Both the position numbers and the translations under genes were made by a program. A model generated the notes under the pieces. The model had not been told where the DNA came from. It ran no database searches and worked only from the letters and a program-made list of their open reading frames with translations. 26,926 bases of DNA. Origin: Candidatus Nanopelagicales bacterium (GTDB lineage Bacteria; Actinomycetota; Actinomycetes; S36-B12; UBA5976). The DNA lies in the NCBI GenBank assembly GCA_040377565.1, contig JBEION010000001.1, forward strand, positions 1-26,926, written 5' to 3'. Below, in pieces: positions 1 through 8,947 of this stretch (the stretch's first letter is position 1; every line of letters begins with the position of its first letter).

Positions 1-102
1 CCGCTGCTTTTCCCAGGCATTTTGTTCCTATTAATTTGGGGATTGGCCTATGTGATGAATAACAAAGTTGACGAGGCAAAGGCCGCCCGAGAAAACCTTT
101 AA
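1..102 (+). CDS. 3' end of a small membrane protein, probably DUF4233 family (partial at window edge)
   Basis: Frame +1 is open from base 1 to TAA 100-102 ([33 protein letters not shown]): a hydrophobic helix then a charged tail. A DUF4233 gene normally lies just upstream of ndk in actinobacteria. Confidence 0.5.
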   Translation, partial: PLLFPGILFLLIWGLAYVMNNKVDEAKAARENL

Positions 103-105
103 GAT
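100..105 (+). promoter_or_regulatory. Putative -10 element (TAAGAT) for a leaderless ndk transcript
   Basis: TANNNT hexamer exactly 7 nt before ATG 113, with no clear Shine-Dalgarno motif in between. Confidence 0.45.
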
Positions 106-112
106 TAAGAAC

Positions 113-520
113 ATGTCTGAACGTACCCTTGTCCTTGTAAAGCCAGATGGCGTCGAACGCGGTCTAATTGGCGAAGTAATTTCCCGTATCGAACGCAAAG
201 GTTTCAAAATCGTTGCCTTGGAAATGCGCACTCTAGAGCGCTCCATCGCCGAAACTCACTACGCCGAGCATGTCGATAAGCCTTTCTTCAAGGACTTAGT
301 TGATTTCATTAGCGGTGGACCATTGGTCGCAGCCGTAATTGAAGGTAACGAAGCAATTGCAGCTTGGCGCACCATGATGGGTGCAACCAATCCAGTTAAC
401 GCTGCAATGGGAACTATCCGTGGCGACCTTGCAACTGAAACACAACTAAACGTTTCGCACGGATCAGATTCACCAGAATCTGCTGCGCGCGAGATTGCAC
501 TATTTTTCCCAAAACTGTAA
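113..520 (+). CDS. ndk: Nucleoside diphosphate kinase
   Basis: [31 protein letters not shown]-terminus, GTIRGD, and the NVSHGSDS phospho-His motif. ATG 113 is preferred over the ORF-track TTG 68. Confidence 0.97.
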   Translation: MSERTLVLVKPDGVERGLIGEVISRIERKGFKIVALEMRTLERSIAETHYAEHVDKPFFKDLVDFISGGPLVAAVIEGNEAIAAWRTMMGATNPVNAAMGTIRGDLATETQLNVSHGSDSPESAAREIALFFPKL

Positions 521-530
521 AGGGTTAGAA

Positions 531-2483
531 ATGACGGTCCAGTCTGTATTTCCGGCACTGGAACAGTTATTGCCTCGGGTGCAAAAACCTGTTCAATACG
601 TTGGTGGCGAACTTAACGCTGTCGTAAAGCCATGGGATGACACCATCGTGCGTTGGTGTCTGATGTATCCCGATGCTTACGAAGTTGGTATTCCCAACCA
701 AGGTGTTCAAATTTTGTATGAAGTACTTAATGAGCGTGCTGACACATTATGTGAGCGCACCTACGCAGTATGGCCTGACTTAGAAAAGTTAATGCGGGAA
801 AACGGTGTACCTCAGTTCACAGTTGATGCCCATCGTCCGGTTGGCGCTTTCGATGCTCTAGGCGTTTCGTTTGCAACCGAACTCGGTTACACCAACATGC
901 TTACTGCAATCGATTTAGCTGGCGTTCCATTACATGCAGTAGATCGCGATGAGACGCATCCGCTGGTCATTGCCGGAGGACACGCAGCATTTAATCCAGA
1001 AGCTATCTCAATGTTTATCGACGGCGCTGTTCTTGGCGATGGCGAGCAAGCAGTACTTGCAATCACCGACATCATTGCGGCGTTTAAGTCCGAAGGAAGT
1101 CCTGGCGGTCGCGATGAACTCTTGATGCGCCTTGCCAAGTCTGGCGTGATGTATGTTCCAGCTTTTTATGATGTTGAGTATTTAGAAGACGGCCGGATTC
1201 GCCGAGTTTCACCTAACCGTCCAGGTGTGCCATGGCGGGTAGCAAAGCACACGGTTATGGATCTAGATGAATGGCCATATCCAAAAGCGCCGCTAGTTCC
1301 AATCGCAGAAAGCGTTCACGAACGCATGAGCGTAGAGATTTTCCGTGGCTGTACTCGTGGTTGTCGTTTCTGCCAAGCGGGCATGATTACTCGTCCAGTA
1401 CGCGAGCGTTCCATGACGACGATCGCTGACATGGTTGCAAACGGTCTAGAAAAGACTGGCTATGAAGAAATTGGCCTTCTTTCCTTGTCCAGCGCTGATC
1501 ACTCCGAAATTGCTGAGATCGCAAAGGGATTGGCTGATCGTTACGAAGATACCCAGACTTCGTTATCACTTCCAAGCACCCGAGTAGATGCTTTCAATAT
1601 CGACTTAGCTAATGAACTTTCTCGTAACGGTCGTCGCAGCGGATTAACGTTTGCACCTGAAGGTGGCAGCGAACGAATTCGTAAAGTCATCAACAAGATG
1701 GTCACCGAAGAAGATTTGATTCGTACCGTCACAGCTGCGTATGCATCCGGTTGGCGCCAAGTGAAGTTGTACTTCATGTGTGGCTTGCCAACTGAAGAAG
1801 ATGAAGATGTATTACAGATTGCTCGTCTTGCGCATGAAGTTATCAAAGCAGGACGTGAAGCATCTGGTCGTAAGGACATTCGCTGCACAGTTTCGATCGG
1901 TGGCTTTGTGCCAAAACCACACACACCATTCCAGTGGGCTGCACAACTAGATCACGAAACAACTGACTCACGTCTTTACAAACTTCGTGATGCAATTCGC
2001 CAAGACCGTGAATTTGGTAAATCAATTGGCGTGCGTTACCACGATGGAAAGCCAGGCGTAGTTGAAGGCTTGCTATCGCGTGGCGATCGTCGAGTCGGAA
2101 AAGTTATTGAGCAAGTTTGGCGTGATGGCCAACGTTTCGATGGCTGGAGCGAACACTTCTCATATGACAAGTGGATGGCAGCTGCGGAAATTGCATTTGC
2201 TGACGAAGCAGTAGACGTAAATTGGTACACCATCAGAGAGCGCGACTTATCTGAAGTACTTGCTTGGGATCATTTAGATTCAGGTTTGGACAAGGAATGG
2301 CTTTGGGACGATTGGCAAGATGCACTTTCCGAAGTTGAAGTTGATGACTGTCGCTGGGTGCCATGTTTTGATTGTGGCGTTTGCGATCACATGGGTACTG
2401 AGATTCAAGTCGGTCCAACTAATGCCGTAATGCTGCCAATGCCGGTTATCCCATCTCGGGTAGTTGCAAACAGTGGCACGTGA
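531..2483 (+). CDS. TIGR03960-type B12-binding-domain radical SAM protein, function unknown
   Basis: CTRGCRFC (CxxxCxxC) at 1350-1373; LLPRVQKPVQYVGGELN and YPDAYEVGIPNQG N-terminal motifs; SFATELGYTNML; FVPKPHTPFQW; C-terminal CRWVPCFDCGVC. ATG 531 follows AAGGG. Confidence 0.9.
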   Translation: MTVQSVFPALEQLLPRVQKPVQYVGGELNAVVKPWDDTIVRWCLMYPDAYEVGIPNQGVQILYEVLNERADTLCERTYAVWPDLEKLMRENGVPQFTVDAHRPVGAFDALGVSFATELGYTNMLTAIDLAGVPLHAVDRDETHPLVIAGGHAAFNPEAISMFIDGAVLGDGEQAVLAITDIIAAFKSEGSPGGRDELLMRLAKSGVMYVPAFYDVEYLEDGRIRRVSPNRPGVPWRVAKHTVMDLDEWPYPKAPLVPIAESVHERMSVEIFRGCTRGCRFCQAGMITRPVRERSMTTIADMVANGLEKTGYEEIGLLSLSSADHSEIAEIAKGLADRYEDTQTSLSLPSTRVDAFNIDLANELSRNGRRSGLTFAPEGGSERIRKVINKMVTEEDLIRTVTAAYASGWRQVKLYFMCGLPTEEDEDVLQIARLAHEVIKAGREASGRKDIRCTVSIGGFVPKPHTPFQWAAQLDHETTDSRLYKLRDAIRQDREFGKSIGVRYHDGKPGVVEGLLSRGDRRVGKVIEQVWRDGQRFDGWSEHFSYDKWMAAAEIAFADEAVDVNWYTIRERDLSEVLAWDHLDSGLDKEWLWDDWQDALSEVEVDDCRWVPCFDCGVCDHMGTEIQVGPTNAVMLPMPVIPSRVVANSGT

Positions 2484-3216
2484 TCGCGATCCAGGTCGCG
2501 AGATTATTCCCGCGGTTCAAAAGTTAAGAATTCAACACGCTAAGCGAGATCGCCTTCGCTTTACTTCACATCGAGATTTTCAGCGCGCATTTGAACGAGC
2601 ATTAAAGCGTGCTGGTGTACCGATGGCATACAGCGCTGGATTCTCACCGCATCCAAAGATTTCCTATGCCAACGCAGCGCCAACTGGAGTTGCTAGTGAA
2701 GCTGAGTATGTCGAAATTGGTGTAGTTCAGATAGTTGACCCAGAGAAATTACTTGCAGTCTTGGACGAAGTATTGCCACCAGGCCTGGACGTTTTGGCAG
2801 TGGTTGAGGCTCGGACTCCAGATTTCGTCGCCCGCCTTGAAGCTAGCCATTGGCGCATCGAACTTCCCGGCACCTCGCAAGAAACTTTGCAGGGGGCACT
2901 TGATGCCTTTATGTCGGAATCTGAAGTCCTGGTAGATCGCATGACCAAGTCCGGAATCAGAACCTTTGACGCCAGAACCGCTGTAATTCGGGCAAATGTG
3001 GAGATGGGCGCTGACTGTGCCATACTTCAAGTAGTCGTTCGGCATGGCGTGCCAGCTGTTCGACCAGACGATGTTCTGGCAGCTCTGAAAAAAGTTGCAG
3101 ACTTCGCCCAGGAGATTCCCCCTCGGGTTACTCGACTGGCGCAAGGTCCTTTGCTTGAAGACGGCTGGTCCGTGGGTGATCCTTTCACCTTGGATCGTGA
3201 AGCCACACAAGCTTGA
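2473..3216 (+). CDS. TIGR03936 / DUF2344 radical-SAM-linked protein
   Basis: RLRFTSHRDFQRAFERALKRAGVPMAYSAGFSPHPKISYANAAPTGVASEAEY is the family signature. It overlaps the radical SAM stop. GTG 2473 gives a typical MARD.. start. Confidence 0.88.
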   Translation: MARDRDPGREIIPAVQKLRIQHAKRDRLRFTSHRDFQRAFERALKRAGVPMAYSAGFSPHPKISYANAAPTGVASEAEYVEIGVVQIVDPEKLLAVLDEVLPPGLDVLAVVEARTPDFVARLEASHWRIELPGTSQETLQGALDAFMSESEVLVDRMTKSGIRTFDARTAVIRANVEMGADCAILQVVVRHGVPAVRPDDVLAALKKVADFAQEIPPRVTRLAQGPLLEDGWSVGDPFTLDREATQA

Positions 3217-3227
3217 GCCCTACATCG

Positions 3228-3300
3228 TCACTACATAGGCTTATGCGCCCTAGGGCGTGAGTGAACGCAAGACCGGTGCTTCGGCATAGGTGTTGTGCGA
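3228..3300 (+). promoter_or_regulatory. Structured 5' leader upstream of rne
   Basis: Hairpin ACC-G-GTGC-TTCG-GCAT-A-GGT (3272-3291) with a cUUCGg tetraloop, extendable by CGCAA/TTGTG; GC hairpin CGCCC-TA-GGGCG (3246-3257); TCACT/AGTGA closing arms. Confidence 0.35.
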
Positions 3301-3315
3301 TAGGAGACGACTTTC

Positions 3316-5355
3316 ATGTCGGATAACGAAGTAACACCAGAATCCAAACCACGTCGACGTGCCGCTGGCCGCCCGGCTGGACCACCAGTAGATGCACCGG
3401 CTGAAAAAGCCGATAAAGCGCCAGCTAAGGCTGCTGCCAAGAAGAAGGCGTCGGCTGCAAAGAAAGCACCAATTGCAGTTCCAGTTTTCCAATCTGCTCC
3501 AGTGACTGCTGCTCCTGCTAAGAAAAAAGCGGTAGCCAAGTCAGCAAGTAGCGAGGAAACCCTTTCGGTTGCCAAGAAGGGTCAAACCAAAAAGGCTCCA
3601 GCGAAGAAGGCGGCTGTCTCAGAATCCGCAGACAGTTCCGAGTCAACTTCAAATGAAGCTTCAGAATCTGGCGAAGAGCGCACCGGTGGCAATAACCGAA
3701 ACCGCAATCGCAACCGTCGTGGTGGCAAGAACAAGAACCGCGCGAAGTCAGCTAATGGCGCTGAAGGTTCCGAGTTAGAAGAGGGTTCAGCTGAAGCCTC
3801 GGACGAAGAATCAACTGAGTCAGCTGAAGCTGCTTCAGCTCGCAAACGTAGTCGTAAGCGCACTCGCGATGGTTCAGACAGCGAGTCTGGCTCAACCCGA
3901 CTAGATGCAAAGCGCAACCGTCGTCGAGATGGCCGCGATGCCGGACGTCGACGCGCACCAATCTTGACTGAATCTGAATTCCTTGCTCGTCGCGAAAACG
4001 TTGAGCGCGTAATGGTCGTTCGCCAACAAGGCGCTCGCACTCAAATTGCAGTTCTTGAAGATGGAATTGTTGTCGAGCATTACATCAATCAATCCAGCAG
4101 TGGCTCATTAGTTGGCAACGTTTACTTGGGACGCGTTCAAAACGTATTGCCAGGTATGGAAGCTGCCTTCGTTGACATCGGCAAGGGACGCAATGCGGTT
4201 CTTTACGCCGGCGAAGTTAACTGGGATGCAGCTGGCCTTGATGGTCAGCCAAAGAAAATTGAAACTGCACTTAAGTCAGGCGATCCCGTTCTGGTTCAGG
4301 TAACTAAGGATCCAGTCGGACAAAAGGGCGCTCGCTTAACTAGCCAGATTTCATTGCCGGGTCGTTTCTTGGTTTATGTTCCAAACAATCCAATGACTGG
4401 CATCTCGCGCAAACTTCCAGACCGGGAACGCTCTCGTCTGAAAACAATTTTGAAGGCAGTAGTTCCAGAAGATGCTGGCGTAATTGTTCGCACCGCATCA
4501 GAAGGAGCTAGTGAAGAGGAGTTAGGTCGCGACGTAGCAAGACTTGCTGCGCAGTGGACTGACATCGAAGCCAAGTCAAAAACTGCTTCACCTCCAACCA
4601 TGCTTTACGGCGAGCCAGACATTTCCATCAAGGTCGTTCGCGATATCTTCAACGAAGATGTTAAGAAGCTAATCGTTTCTGGTGCAGACGCTTGGGAGAC
4701 TGTTGAGCAATACGTAAGTTATGTTGCGCCTGATCTTGCAGATCGCTTAGAAAAGTATGTCGGCACAACCGATGTATTTACTGAGTACCGAATTGATGAA
4801 CAGATCGCTAAGGCACTTGATCGCAAGGTTTACTTGCCTTCTGGTGGTTCACTAGTAATCGATCGCACTGAAGCGATGACAGTTGTCGACGTTAACACTG
4901 GCAAGTTCATTGGTCAGGGTGGAAACCTCGAACAAACTGTTACCAAGAACAACATGGAAGCTGCAGAAGAAATTGTTCGACAGCTAAGACTTCGTGACAT
5001 CGGTGGCATCATCGTTATCGACTTCATCGATATGGTCCTAGAAAGCAACCGCGATCAAGTGATTCGTCGCCTGATCGAGTGCCTAGGTCGGGATCGCACC
5101 AAGCATCAGGTCGCTGAAGTTACCTCCCTTGGCCTGGTTCAAATGACCCGCAAGCGCATCGGCGCTGGATTGCTGGAAGTTTTCAGTGAGCCATGTGATC
5201 ATTGCCAAGGTCGCGGCGCAGTTGTGAACATGGATGGCCATGACGCCTCGAAAACCCCTAAAAACAAGGGTAAAAAGGGAAATCACGACCATTCCCATGA
5301 CAATTCCGCAGATTCCACCCCAGATTCAACCCCCGAAGAGTCTGTCTCGGTTTGA
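3316..5355 (+). CDS. rne: Ribonuclease E/G family (Rne/Rng) with long N-terminal disordered region
   Basis: S1 domain GNVYLGRVQNVLPGMEAAFVDIG, TEAMTVVDVNTG, RLRDIGGIIVIDFIDM, Zn-link CDHCQGRG. SD GGAG precedes the ATG. Confidence 0.95.
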   Translation: MSDNEVTPESKPRRRAAGRPAGPPVDAPAEKADKAPAKAAAKKKASAAKKAPIAVPVFQSAPVTAAPAKKKAVAKSASSEETLSVAKKGQTKKAPAKKAAVSESADSSESTSNEASESGEERTGGNNRNRNRNRRGGKNKNRAKSANGAEGSELEEGSAEASDEESTESAEAASARKRSRKRTRDGSDSESGSTRLDAKRNRRRDGRDAGRRRAPILTESEFLARRENVERVMVVRQQGARTQIAVLEDGIVVEHYINQSSSGSLVGNVYLGRVQNVLPGMEAAFVDIGKGRNAVLYAGEVNWDAAGLDGQPKKIETALKSGDPVLVQVTKDPVGQKGARLTSQISLPGRFLVYVPNNPMTGISRKLPDRERSRLKTILKAVVPEDAGVIVRTASEGASEEELGRDVARLAAQWTDIEAKSKTASPPTMLYGEPDISIKVVRDIFNEDVKKLIVSGADAWETVEQYVSYVAPDLADRLEKYVGTTDVFTEYRIDEQIAKALDRKVYLPSGGSLVIDRTEAMTVVDVNTGKFIGQGGNLEQTVTKNNMEAAEEIVRQLRLRDIGGIIVIDFIDMVLESNRDQVIRRLIECLGRDRTKHQVAEVTSLGLVQMTRKRIGAGLLEVFSEPCDHCQGRGAVVNMDGHDASKTPKNKGKKGNHDHSHDNSADSTPDSTPEESVSV

Positions 5356-5381
5356 CCCTAAGGCCCTTGAGTCCGTAACCT
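5352..5381 (+). promoter_or_regulatory. Housekeeping sigma70-type promoter for rplU-rpmA
   Basis: TTGACC (5352-5357), 18-nt spacer, TAACCT (5376-5381). Confidence 0.6.
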
Positions 5382-5441
5382 TATGAGGCTTAAGACTTAG
5401 GGTTTTCACCCGAAACAAGCATTAGTTCAAGGAGATACCTC

Positions 5442-6017
5442 GTGTACGCGATCGTTCGTGCTGGTGGCCGCCAGGAGAAAGTTGCCGTTGGCGACCTAAT
5501 TAGCCTTGACCGCGTTCAAGCCAAGCCAGGCGAGACAGTGGTTCTTCCAACTGTTTTGATCGTGGATGGCGACAAGGTCAACACCGACGCTAAAGGCGTC
5601 ACCGTAACCGCTGAAGTTATTGACCACAACCGTGGACCGAAAATCGAAATTCTTCGTTACAAGAACAAGACCGGTTACCGTCGTCGTCAAGGACACCGTT
5701 CAGATCTAACTGATGTGCAAATTATTTCAATCGGTAGCGAGAAGATCGCTGCTGGTGACAAGGCAACTGCAAAGGCAAAGCCAGTAGTTGCAAAGAAGGC
5801 TGCTCCTGTTGCTAAGGCCGCACCTGTTGCAAAGGCCGCTCCAGCAGCTAAAGCCGCAGAAAAGCCAGCTGCAAAGAAAGCTGCTGCTCCAGCAAAGAAG
5901 GCTGCACCTGCAAAGGCTGCCGCTCCAGCGAAGAAGGCAGCTCCTGCTAAAAAAGCTCCAGCCGCTAAGAAAGCTGCACCAGCGAAAAAAGCTGCTCCCA
6001 AAAAGACAGAGAAGTAG
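5442..6017 (+). CDS. rplU: 50S ribosomal protein L21 with long Ala/Lys/Pro-rich C-terminal extension
   Basis: [18 protein letters not shown] ... [23 protein letters not shown] core of ~98 aa, then ~93 aa of PAKKA-type repeats. SD AAGGAG, GTG start. Confidence 0.96.
   Translation: MYAIVRAGGRQEKVAVGDLISLDRVQAKPGETVVLPTVLIVDGDKVNTDAKGVTVTAEVIDHNRGPKIEILRYKNKTGYRRRQGHRSDLTDVQIISIGSEKIAAGDKATAKAKPVVAKKAAPVAKAAPVAKAAPAAKAAEKPAAKKAAAPAKKAAPAKAAAPAKKAAPAKKAPAAKKAAPAKKAAPKKTEK
5736..6014 (+). repeat. Degenerate coding repeats (PAKKA / PAKAA / PVAKAA) in the L21 tail
   Basis: [71 protein letters not shown]. Synonymous codons differ between units. Confidence 0.9.
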
Positions 6018-6026
6018 GTATAACTC

Positions 6027-6281
6027 ATGGCTCATAAAAAGGGTGCCTCCAGTACCAGAAACGGTCGCGACTCAAATGCACAGCGTTTGGGCGTAAAGCG
6101 TTTCGGTGGTCAGGTTGTTAACGCCGGAGAAATCATTGTTCGTCAGCGTGGCACACACTTTCACCCAGGTGAGAATGTTGGCCGTGGTGGAGATGACACA
6201 CTTTTCGCACTAGCTGCTGGCGCTGTCCAGTTCGGTAGCCGTCGCGGTCGTCGTGTTATCAACATTGTCCCTGCGGAATAA
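6027..6281 (+). CDS. rpmA: 50S ribosomal protein L27
   Basis: [29 protein letters not shown] and [10 protein letters not shown] signatures. Confidence 0.98.
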   Translation: MAHKKGASSTRNGRDSNAQRLGVKRFGGQVVNAGEIIVRQRGTHFHPGENVGRGGDDTLFALAAGAVQFGSRRGRRVINIVPAE

Positions 6282-6304
6282 TTCCGCGGAATTTTTGTAG
6301 ATTG

Positions 6305-6334
6305 GCGGGTCCGGTTCGGGCCCGCTTTTCTTTT
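6305..6334 (+). terminator. Intrinsic terminator after rpmA
   Basis: GCGGGTCCG-GTT-CGGGCCCGC stem (one G-U pair) followed by TTTTCTTTT. Confidence 0.75.
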
Positions 6335-6348
6335 GGAAAGGAGATTCA

Positions 6349-7848
6349 ATGACTTCGTTTATAGATCAAGTGACTCTCCATGTGCAAGGCGGTAATGGCG
6401 GACACGGTTGTGCTTCGGTTCACCGCGAGAAGTTCAAACCATTAGGTGGACCTGATGGCGGCAATGGCGGCAATGGTGGCGACGTAGTCCTAGTTGTTGA
6501 TCCATCCGTTACAACTCTTCTAGATTTCCATCGCAGTCCTCATCGCAGCGCCGGTAATGGCAAGCCTGGACAAGGCGATCACCGCAATGGTGCGTATGGC
6601 GAACATCTTGAATTAGCAGTTCCAGAAGGAACTGTAGTTTCACTTGCTGACGGCACAGTCTTGACTGACATGTTGGGCATTGGCACACGTTATGTAATTG
6701 CTGCTGGCGGTCGCGGTGGCCTTGGTAACGCAGCACTGGCCTCAACTAAGCGCAAAGCTCCAGGCTTCGCACTTCTTGGTGAGAAGGGCGTCACTCGCGA
6801 TGTCATCCTGGAACTTAAGACCGTTGCTGATGTGGGCCTAGTTGGCTACCCAAGCGCTGGAAAGTCTTCCTTGATCGCAGCTATGTCTGCAGCTCGACCA
6901 AAAATTGCTGACTACCCATTCACCACCTTGGAACCAAACCTTGGTGTGGTTCGCTCTGGCGAAATGATTTTCACTATGGCGGACGTTCCTGGTCTGATTC
7001 CTGGTGCAAGTGAAGGTAAAGGTCTTGGCCTGGAATTCCTTCGTCACATTGAGCGCTGTGCCGCGCTTGTGCACGTACTGGACTGCGCAACTCTGGAACC
7101 TAATCGCGATCCATTAACCGACTTAGATGTAATCGAAAATGAACTAAAGCAATACGGCGGTTTGGAAGATCGACCACGTGTTGTAGTTCTTAACAAGATT
7201 GACATCCCAGAAGGCCGCGAACTAGCTGAGTTTGTGCTTCCTGATTTACATGAACGCGGTTATCAAGTTTTCTTAGTATCAGCGGTTAGCCATGAGGGGC
7301 TAAGAGAACTTGGATTTGCACTAGCTGACATTGTTAAAGCCTCACGCGCTGAAGCAATCTTTGCCGCTGAGAATCGACCACGCGTTATCGTTACACCTAA
7401 ATCAGTGGATGACTCTGGATTCACAGTCACAGCCGAAAAGTCCGGAGCCGAAACTGTTCGTTACCGCGTTGTTGGCGAACGACCAGAGCGTTGGATTCAC
7501 CAAACCGATTTTGCCAACGATGAAGCCGTTGGGTACTTGGCAGACCGTTTGGCTAGAGCAGGCATCGAACTTGAATTGGCTAAAGCCGGCGCAGTCGCTG
7601 GCGACGAAGTTGTAATCGGTGAAGGCCCGAGTGCTGTTGTGTTTGATTGGGCGCCAACTGCAGGAGACTTACATCAAGGTCCACGCGGTACCGATCAGCG
7701 TTTGTATGACAAGCGCCGACTTAGTGCAGACGAGCGCCTTGCGATTCACAGAATTCGACAGTACGGAACAGGTGAGCCTGAAGAAGTTGTTGATCCACTT
7801 ATCATCGAAGATTTTGATGGAGACCTAGATGACGGTCAAACGAACTGA
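6349..7848 (+). CDS. obgE: GTPase ObgE/CgtA with actinobacterial C-terminal domain
   Basis: Gly-rich Obg fold ([28 protein letters not shown]), G1 [23 protein letters not shown], and C-terminal [16 protein letters not shown]. Confidence 0.97.
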   Translation: MTSFIDQVTLHVQGGNGGHGCASVHREKFKPLGGPDGGNGGNGGDVVLVVDPSVTTLLDFHRSPHRSAGNGKPGQGDHRNGAYGEHLELAVPEGTVVSLADGTVLTDMLGIGTRYVIAAGGRGGLGNAALASTKRKAPGFALLGEKGVTRDVILELKTVADVGLVGYPSAGKSSLIAAMSAARPKIADYPFTTLEPNLGVVRSGEMIFTMADVPGLIPGASEGKGLGLEFLRHIERCAALVHVLDCATLEPNRDPLTDLDVIENELKQYGGLEDRPRVVVLNKIDIPEGRELAEFVLPDLHERGYQVFLVSAVSHEGLRELGFALADIVKASRAEAIFAAENRPRVIVTPKSVDDSGFTVTAEKSGAETVRYRVVGERPERWIHQTDFANDEAVGYLADRLARAGIELELAKAGAVAGDEVVIGEGPSAVVFDWAPTAGDLHQGPRGTDQRLYDKRRLSADERLAIHRIRQYGTGEPEEVVDPLIIEDFDGDLDDGQTN

Positions 7849-8947
7849 GATAACGACAGCCAGGCGCATTGTCGTCAAAGTTGGCTCGTCATCACTGACC
7901 ACCAGAGCAGGTGGCATCGATGTTGAACGCGTAAATGCCCTAGTAAGAGTGATTGCGGAAAAGCGACTAGCTGGTACTCAAATAGTTTTGGTTTCAAGCG
8001 GTGCAATTGCTGCTGGACTGGCGCCGCTGGGATTGAATTCCCGACCATCAGATGTTGCAACTCAACAGGCTGCTGCCAGCGTTGGACAATCACTTTTGGT
8101 TTCACAGTACGCCGCAGCGTTCAGCAAATTTGAGATAACCGTAGGACAAGTGCTCTTAACTGCTGCAGACGTCTTGCGCAGAGCGAACTATCGAAATGCC
8201 CAGCGGGGATTAAATCGCTTATTGGAACTAGGGATCCTTCCAATTGTTAATGAGAATGACACAGTTGCAACCGATGAAATTAGATTTGGTGACAATGATC
8301 GACTAGCTGCATTGGTGGCTCAGGTTGTGCAGGCTGATGCTTTGATTCTGTTGTCTGATGTTTCAGGACTATTCGACGGTCCGCCAGAGTTACCTGGCAG
8401 CAAACTAATCTCACATGTTGCATCGATGAATGACATTGCTGATGTCCAAATAGGTGGTACTGGCTCAGCCGGTGTTGGACTGGGTGGAATGACAACGAAA
8501 GTAGAAGCTGCCCGAATCGCAACTGCCGCAGGTATTCCTACCATCGTTACCTCTGCAGATCTGGCAGAATCTGTGCTTGCCGGATCTGAAGTCGGAACTT
8601 TATTCACGGCTGCCGAGTCCAAGATTCCAACGCGCTTGCTTTGGTTGACTTATGCGACAACATCGCAAGGATCCATTGTTATTGATGCGGGTGCCGTAAC
8701 TGCAGTTGTAGACAAGCGACTTTCCTTGCTACCCGCCGGCGTTGTTTCCATTCAAGGCATGTTTTCTGCAGGTGATCCGGTTGATGTTTGCGATCCAACT
8801 GGCAAGGTTCTTGCCCGGGGCATCGTGTCATTCGACTCAGATGAACTACCAGGAATGATCGGAAAGCGAACTGCGGACTTACTGCAAGAATTTGGTACCG
8901 GATTTGATCGTGAAATCATTCATAGGGATGACATGGTGGTCTTGTGA
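7829..8947 (+). CDS. proB: Glutamate 5-kinase with PUA domain
   Basis: [55 protein letters not shown], and C-terminal PUA (DAGAV...SLLPAGV). Overlaps the obgE 3' end by 20 nt. Confidence 0.96.
   Translation: MTVKRTEITTARRIVVKVGSSSLTTRAGGIDVERVNALVRVIAEKRLAGTQIVLVSSGAIAAGLAPLGLNSRPSDVATQQAAASVGQSLLVSQYAAAFSKFEITVGQVLLTAADVLRRANYRNAQRGLNRLLELGILPIVNENDTVATDEIRFGDNDRLAALVAQVVQADALILLSDVSGLFDGPPELPGSKLISHVASMNDIADVQIGGTGSAGVGLGGMTTKVEAARIATAAGIPTIVTSADLAESVLAGSEVGTLFTAAESKIPTRLLWLTYATTSQGSIVIDAGAVTAVVDKRLSLLPAGVVSIQGMFSAGDPVDVCDPTGKVLARGIVSFDSDELPGMIGKRTADLLQEFGTGFDREIIHRDDMVVL

Noticed and set aside
495-531. Possible cobalamin riboswitch ahead of the B12-binding radical SAM gene
   Set aside because: The intergenic gap is only 10 nt, leaving no room, and no B12-box is visible.
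5284-5332. Two pairs of imperfect 12-bp tandem repeats at the rne 3' end (HDHS/HDNS, DSTP/DSTP)
   Set aside because: Two-copy slippage in a disordered tail, which is common and uninformative.
5355-5403. ACCCTAAG/CTTAGGGT inverted repeat as a possible L21 leader RNA
   Set aside because: The left arm lies upstream of the predicted rplU start site (inside the promoter), so it would not be in the leader. Only 8 bp with a 33-nt loop.
5687-6096. Three overlapping ORFs rich in Phe/Ala/Gly, Cys/Ser or Gln/Leu/Arg repeats
   Set aside because: Shadow frames of the L21 PAKKA repeat, with no independent RBS or family features.
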